Positions 59,084-64,000 of a stretch of 64,000 bases of DNA are shown here, in pieces. Numbering within the stretch: the first letter of the stretch is position 1; each line of letters opens with the position of its first letter. The notes below the pieces were generated by a model that saw only the letters and a program-made list of their open reading frames with translations, had not been told where the DNA came from and ran no database searches. The position numbers were made by a program, and so were the translations under genes. Origin of the DNA: the human T2T-CHM13v2.0 reference genome, Homo sapiens; NCBI RefSeq assembly GCF_009914755.1, contig NC_060925.1; one strand, written 5' to 3'.

Positions 59084-61745
59084 AGGATTAGTGTTCTAAG
59101 AAAAGAGGCTCCAAAGAGCTGCCTTACCCCTTTCACCATGTGGAGACACAGTGAGAAGCCACCATCTTTGAACCAACTTACCCAACACCAAATGTGCTAG
59201 TGGCTTAATCTTGGACTTCCCAGCCTCTGGAACTGTGAGAAGCAAATTTCTGTTGTTTATAAGCCACCCATTGTATGGCATTTTGTTATAGCAGCCCGAA
59301 CAGACTAAGACAGAAAATTGGTACTGAGAAGTGGGGGTGCTGTTGTAACAAATACCTAAAAATGTGAAAGTGGTTTTCAAATTGGGTAATGAGTAAGAGG
59401 CTGGAAAAGCTTTGAGGTGCATGCTAGAAAAAGCCTAGATTGCTGTGAAAAGACTGTTAAGGGTAATTCTGATCAGGGCTCAGAAGAGGTGAGTGGTACA
59501 GAAAGCCTTCATCTTCTTAGAGAATACCTAAGTGATTGTGAAGAGAATATTGGTATAAATACAGATGATAAAGGCCATTCTGATGAGGTCTCAAATAGAA
59601 ATGAGAAACATGTTATTGGAAATTGGAAGAAAGGCAATCCTTGTCATAAAGCAACGAAGAACTTGGCTTAATTGTGTTCGTGTCCCAGTATTTTGTAGAA
59701 GGTAGAATTTGTGAGTGATGAAATTGGATATTTAGCCAAAGCTATTTCTAAGGAAAGTATTGAAGGTGTGGCTTAGCCTCTCTTGAGTGCTAAGAGTAAA
59801 ATATAAGAAGTGAGAACTGACTTAAAAATGGAATTGTTAATCAAAAGGAAAGCAGAATTTAAAAATTTAAAAGATTCTTAGCCTATCCATGTTGGAAGAA
59901 ATGAGAAAGCCTTTGTAGGAGAGAACAAGAGTGTAGCTAAGCAACCTTTTCATAAGGAGATTAGTATGGATCTGCCATCTCAATAAAAGTCTGCTACTAT
60001 TTGTTGAGATAATGGAAGAATGACCCCAAAGGCATTTTAAAGATCATTGGGTATGCCCCTCACAATAGCAGCCCAGAGAGCAAGGGCCTGGAGGGAAGAA
60101 CAATTTCAAGGCTCCATTCCCCACCCTGTAGTGCAGTATCCTCAGCTGCCCTATGTGTGGCTGCAGTAGGCTCAGGGCCCTGTGGTAACCCTTCTGGAAG
60201 GTACCAGTGGTAAACCTTGGCAAAATCAGTGTGGGGACATCTCCCCTATATGAAGTGCATGAGCTGTGGAGGCATGGCTACCTCTACCTAGATTTGAAAG
60301 ATGGAGACCTGGAGCCTTAGCATCACAAACCAGGCAGAGGTCCACTGTGGTGATGGAGGCACCTCAAAGACTCCCCTTCAAAGAGTCCCCACTAAGACAA
60401 GGCCTAGTGGAGCTATGGGGCAGGGCCACCCTTGCAACTCCAGACCAGTAGAGACACTAGATTGCAATTCCAGTCTGGAACAGCCCCAGGCAAGTGACTC
60501 CAACCCAGGAGAGCTGCCTCATCAGCTGTACCCAGCAAAGCCATGGGGGAATGGCTGCCAGGAGTCTTAGAGAACCAAGCCTAGCCCCAGTGTTTTCTGA
60601 AGGTGGAACATCAAGTCAGAAAAGACTATTCTGGAGACTTAATGTTTAGACTTAAAGATTTATGTTGTTTCCCCTATTAGGTTTTGGCTTGCTCAGGACT
60701 TGTCACTAGATTCTTCTTCCCTATCTATTTCTTTTGGAATGAAAATGTCTATCCTATACTTATCCCACCATTTGTATTTTGGAAACACATAACTTGTTTG
60801 ATTTCACAGGTTCACAGCTGTAGAGAAATTTGCCTCAGGTTAAATAATACCTTGAGTCTCACCTATATCTGATTTAGATAGTATTTAGATGAGATTTGGA
60901 CTTTAAAGTAGATGCTGGAATGAGTTAATACTTTGGGGGCTATTGGGATGAAATGAATGCATTTTTCATGCAAGAAGGACATTTGGGGGCCTAGGGGTAG
61001 AATGCTATGATCTGAATGTTTGTGTCTCCCAAACATCATATGTTGAAACCCAATCATTAATGTGATGGTATTAGGAGTTGGGGTCTTTGGAAGATGATTA
61101 GGTCATGAGGGTGGAGAACTCAAGAATGGATTAATGTTTGATATAGTTTGGCTGTGTCCCTACTCAAATCTCATCTTGAGTTGTAGCTCCCATAATCCCC
61201 ATGTGTTATGAGAGGGATCCAGTGGGAGGCAATTTTATCATGGAGGTGGGTTTTTCCCCTGCTGTTGTTCTCTTGATAGTGAAAAAGTCTCATGAGATCT
61301 GTGGTTTTGTAAAGGGCAGTTCCCCTGCCACATGCCCTCTTGCCTGCTGCCATGTAAGACGTGCCTTTACTCCTCCTCCTTCACCTTCTACCATCATGGT
61401 GAGGCCTCCCCAGCCTTGTGGAACTGTAAGTCCATTAGACCTCTTTTTCCTTATAAATTACCCAGCCTTGGGTATTTCTTCATAGTAGTATGAAAATGGA
61501 CAAATACAATGCCCTTATAAAAGAGGCCCCAGTGAGCTGCTTTGCCTTTTCCGTCATGTGAAGACACAGCATGAAGGCACCATCTCTGAACTAAGAAATG
61601 GCCCTCACTAGACACTGAATCTGCTGGCACCTTGATCTTGGACTTCTCAGCCTCCACAGCCATGAGAAATGAATTTCTGCTTTTTTTTTTAATAAGCTAC
61701 CCAGTATACGGTATTTTGTTATAGCAGCCTAAATAAACTAAGACA
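59084..61745 (+). mobile_element. ERVL-MaLR provirus (MSTD/MLT1A-like): partial 5' LTR 59084-59312, internal region 59313-61002, 3' LTR 61003-61745 interrupted by THE1
   Basis: Both LTRs end ...gttatagcagcc...actaagaca. The internal region begins gaaaattggtactgagaagtggg and ends in a purine-rich tract before tgctatg. Confidence 0.88.
61139..61508 (+). mobile_element. THE1 solo LTR (THE1B/C/D-like) nested in the MaLR 3' LTR
   Basis: tgatatagtttggctgtgtccc...caaatctcatcttgagttgtagctcccataatcccc ... gaaaatggacaaataca, 370 bp, TG...CA ends. Confidence 0.9.
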
Positions 61746-62171
61746 AAAACCCAGTTTAGAGCAACCCATACAGAGATCTTAAGTGGTTTCCTCATTTCTT
61801 CCCCAGGCTCAACAACACTTTCATCATTTTTACTCATCACTATCATTTATTGAATTATCACCACTGCTAGGAAGAAGATGCTGTGAAATTTTCAGGGAAA
61901 GATCCCATTATTATTTTTTTCTCCAACTGCCAAATGCCTTCACTTTATTTCATATGATAATTTTTCAATATAGGTTCAACCTAATGATTCCAGCTCCCAT
62001 GAACACTGAGGTTAGAACCTGGGTCTCGGGTTAGAACCCGATTTAAACTCCAGTCCCACCGTCTATTGACTATATGTCTCTATGCAATTCATTTAATAAA
62101 GTTAAGTATCAATTTCCTCATCTGAAAGTGGCTATAATAATAGTACTACGATATCATGATAAAATAAAAAC

Positions 62172-62990
62172 TATAGAAATATATCTTTCGTCTTTATCTC
62201 TGTTCCTGGCATAAAGCTCCTAAACCCTTGGAATTTCCTTAATGATAAGGGTAAGAGGAGGAACATCTTTTGCTATTCATAATAAGGTCCTTTCAACCAT
62301 CCCGGAGTTTATGCTAATGAGATAAATGGGGTAGGGGAGTTAGTTGCCAGAGTAACCAAATTGGTGATTGAAACCTTGGAACCTTCAGCCCCACCCCAGA
62401 CCTTCAGTGAGAAAAAAAGGGCTGGAGATTGCACTAATCATCAGTGGTCAATAATTTAATCGATTACGCCTATATAATGGAACCTCCGTAAAACCCCTAA
62501 ATGACAGGGTTTAGAGAGCTTCCATGTTGGCAAACACATTCAGGTGCTGAGAAGATAGCACGTCTAGTGAGGTCATGGAAGCACCTCACATCTTCCCCCA
62601 CCCCATACCCTTCCATATCTATCTCTTGACTATTTCTGAGTTGTACCCACAATAATAAACTGGTAAATGTAAGTAAAGGATTTCCCTGAGTTCTATAAGC
62701 TGTTTTAGTAAATTATCAAACTTGAAGGAGAGGGTTGTGGGAAATCTTCCCACTCTCAAATTTACAGGCATTTGGTCAGAAGTATGAGTAGCCTGGACTT
62801 GCCATTGGCGTCTGAAGGGGGAGCAGTATTATGGGAATCTGTGGGGTCTCATGCTAACTCCAGGTAGTTAGAGTCAGAACTGAATTGAATCACTGGACAC
62901 CCAGTTGGTGTCCAGAGAGTTGGCCAATTGGTTGTTGGCGTGAAAAACCCCACACATTTGGTGTCAGGAGTGTTGTGAGTAGGAACAGAT
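62172..62990. mobile_element. MER21-like LTR inserted into a MIR (MIR halves at about 62010-62150 and 62995-63095)
   Basis: gttcctggcataaagctcctaaacccttggaatttcc...aaaaccccacacatttggtgtcaggagtgttgtgagt resembles recalled MER21. MIR core tttcctcatctg lies upstream and acagtgcctgacacttag downstream. Confidence 0.7.
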
Positions 62991-64000
62991 CATCATAGCA
63001 GCGGGAGTACCTATATCAAAGGACTGTCATAAAGATGAGATAAAATAATACAGTGCCTGACACTTAGCAAAGCTGACATGTTAACTATTTTTATTTTTTC
63101 TTATTTTCTTTTCTGAACCCTCCAGATCAGTCACCTTGCTTTGCCTAATAGCCCCTTTCCATACAGTGACAAAGTGACTTCTCATTAATTAGCATTGGAT
63201 GTGTGGTGGTCAACACAACAAATGTTGGGTGCAAAGAAGGAAGCAAGGAGAAACACTAAGCATATGGAAGAAAAAACGAAGGGGAAACAGAAAGATGAGG
63301 TAGAAAGCAGAAGGACAAAGTAAACAATGATTTGAGAAAAAAATATCGGTTATGATCTTCTGTGATAAACTAATCCCCATTCCTTCTCTCCATCTGCCTC
63401 AGGATAAGGAAATTAATATCATCTTGTAGATCATGAGAAAAATAAAGGTGAGAAAGCTCCTTGGTGACTTGTCGCTAACTGACGATCGACTGATCCCAAA
63501 TCTCTTCAATAACCCCATCTGTGATTTAGGTTCTAAGAGGTCAGGAAGGAACACAGATCATCTTCTATTAATGTGAAATGAGCCTGTAAGTGCACTGCAG
63601 GCAGCAAATCAAAACTACTCTCAGCAGCTACTCTAATTCATGAGGCTCTGTCTCTTAAAGGACCAGCTGTCCTTTCATAAAGACCATTTTTTTCTATGAA
63701 TAATACATATACTACTAGGGAAGAATATACATTCCCATTAAGCAACATCAATTCTCAACACACTGGATATAATCTCTTATACTGCTATAATTAAAAATTA
63801 AGGACAAAGTATTATGTTGAAGAAACTCCAAAGCTGATTTTTATGTACTCTCTTTTTTCCTCCAAAAGCATCATTCTTACCAGCTTTTTAATATAATTAT
63901 ATTCCAGAGAAAACAGGCTGGCAAAAACAAATACATCAATACATAATCTTTTTTAAAGTCCTCGCTTATATTTTATGATCTGTACAGGCGGTTAAAAAAT

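Overview
Primate, human-like genomic DNA from inside the long neuronal gene ASTN1 (astrotactin 1), which runs on the minus strand. The window holds one coding exon: 25711-25898, 188 bp, [22 protein letters not shown]...[10 protein letters not shown], which I recognise from memory as ASTN1 exon 2. On that numbering, 25899-64000 is the 3' part of intron 1 and 1-25710 is intron 2. The rest is ordinary mammalian intron. It contains nine Alus (eight sense to the gene, four clustered at 39.7-41.5 kb), many MIR and L2 relics, two CR1/L3-type RT relics (one interrupted by an L1 with an intact TSD), a near-complete MaLR provirus with a nested THE1 LTR, MER21- and MER58-like elements, and microsatellites. 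The other ORF-track entries are repeat-derived or chance ORFs, many opened at TTG/GTG. I found no evidence for a new multi-gene system. The best leads are RNA-processing hypotheses (a recursive-splice-type site, candidate poison exons, inverted Alu pairs), small duplications with templated spacers, and a few candidate enhancers. Repeat family names come from recalled consensus sequences, and boundaries of old repeats are approximate.
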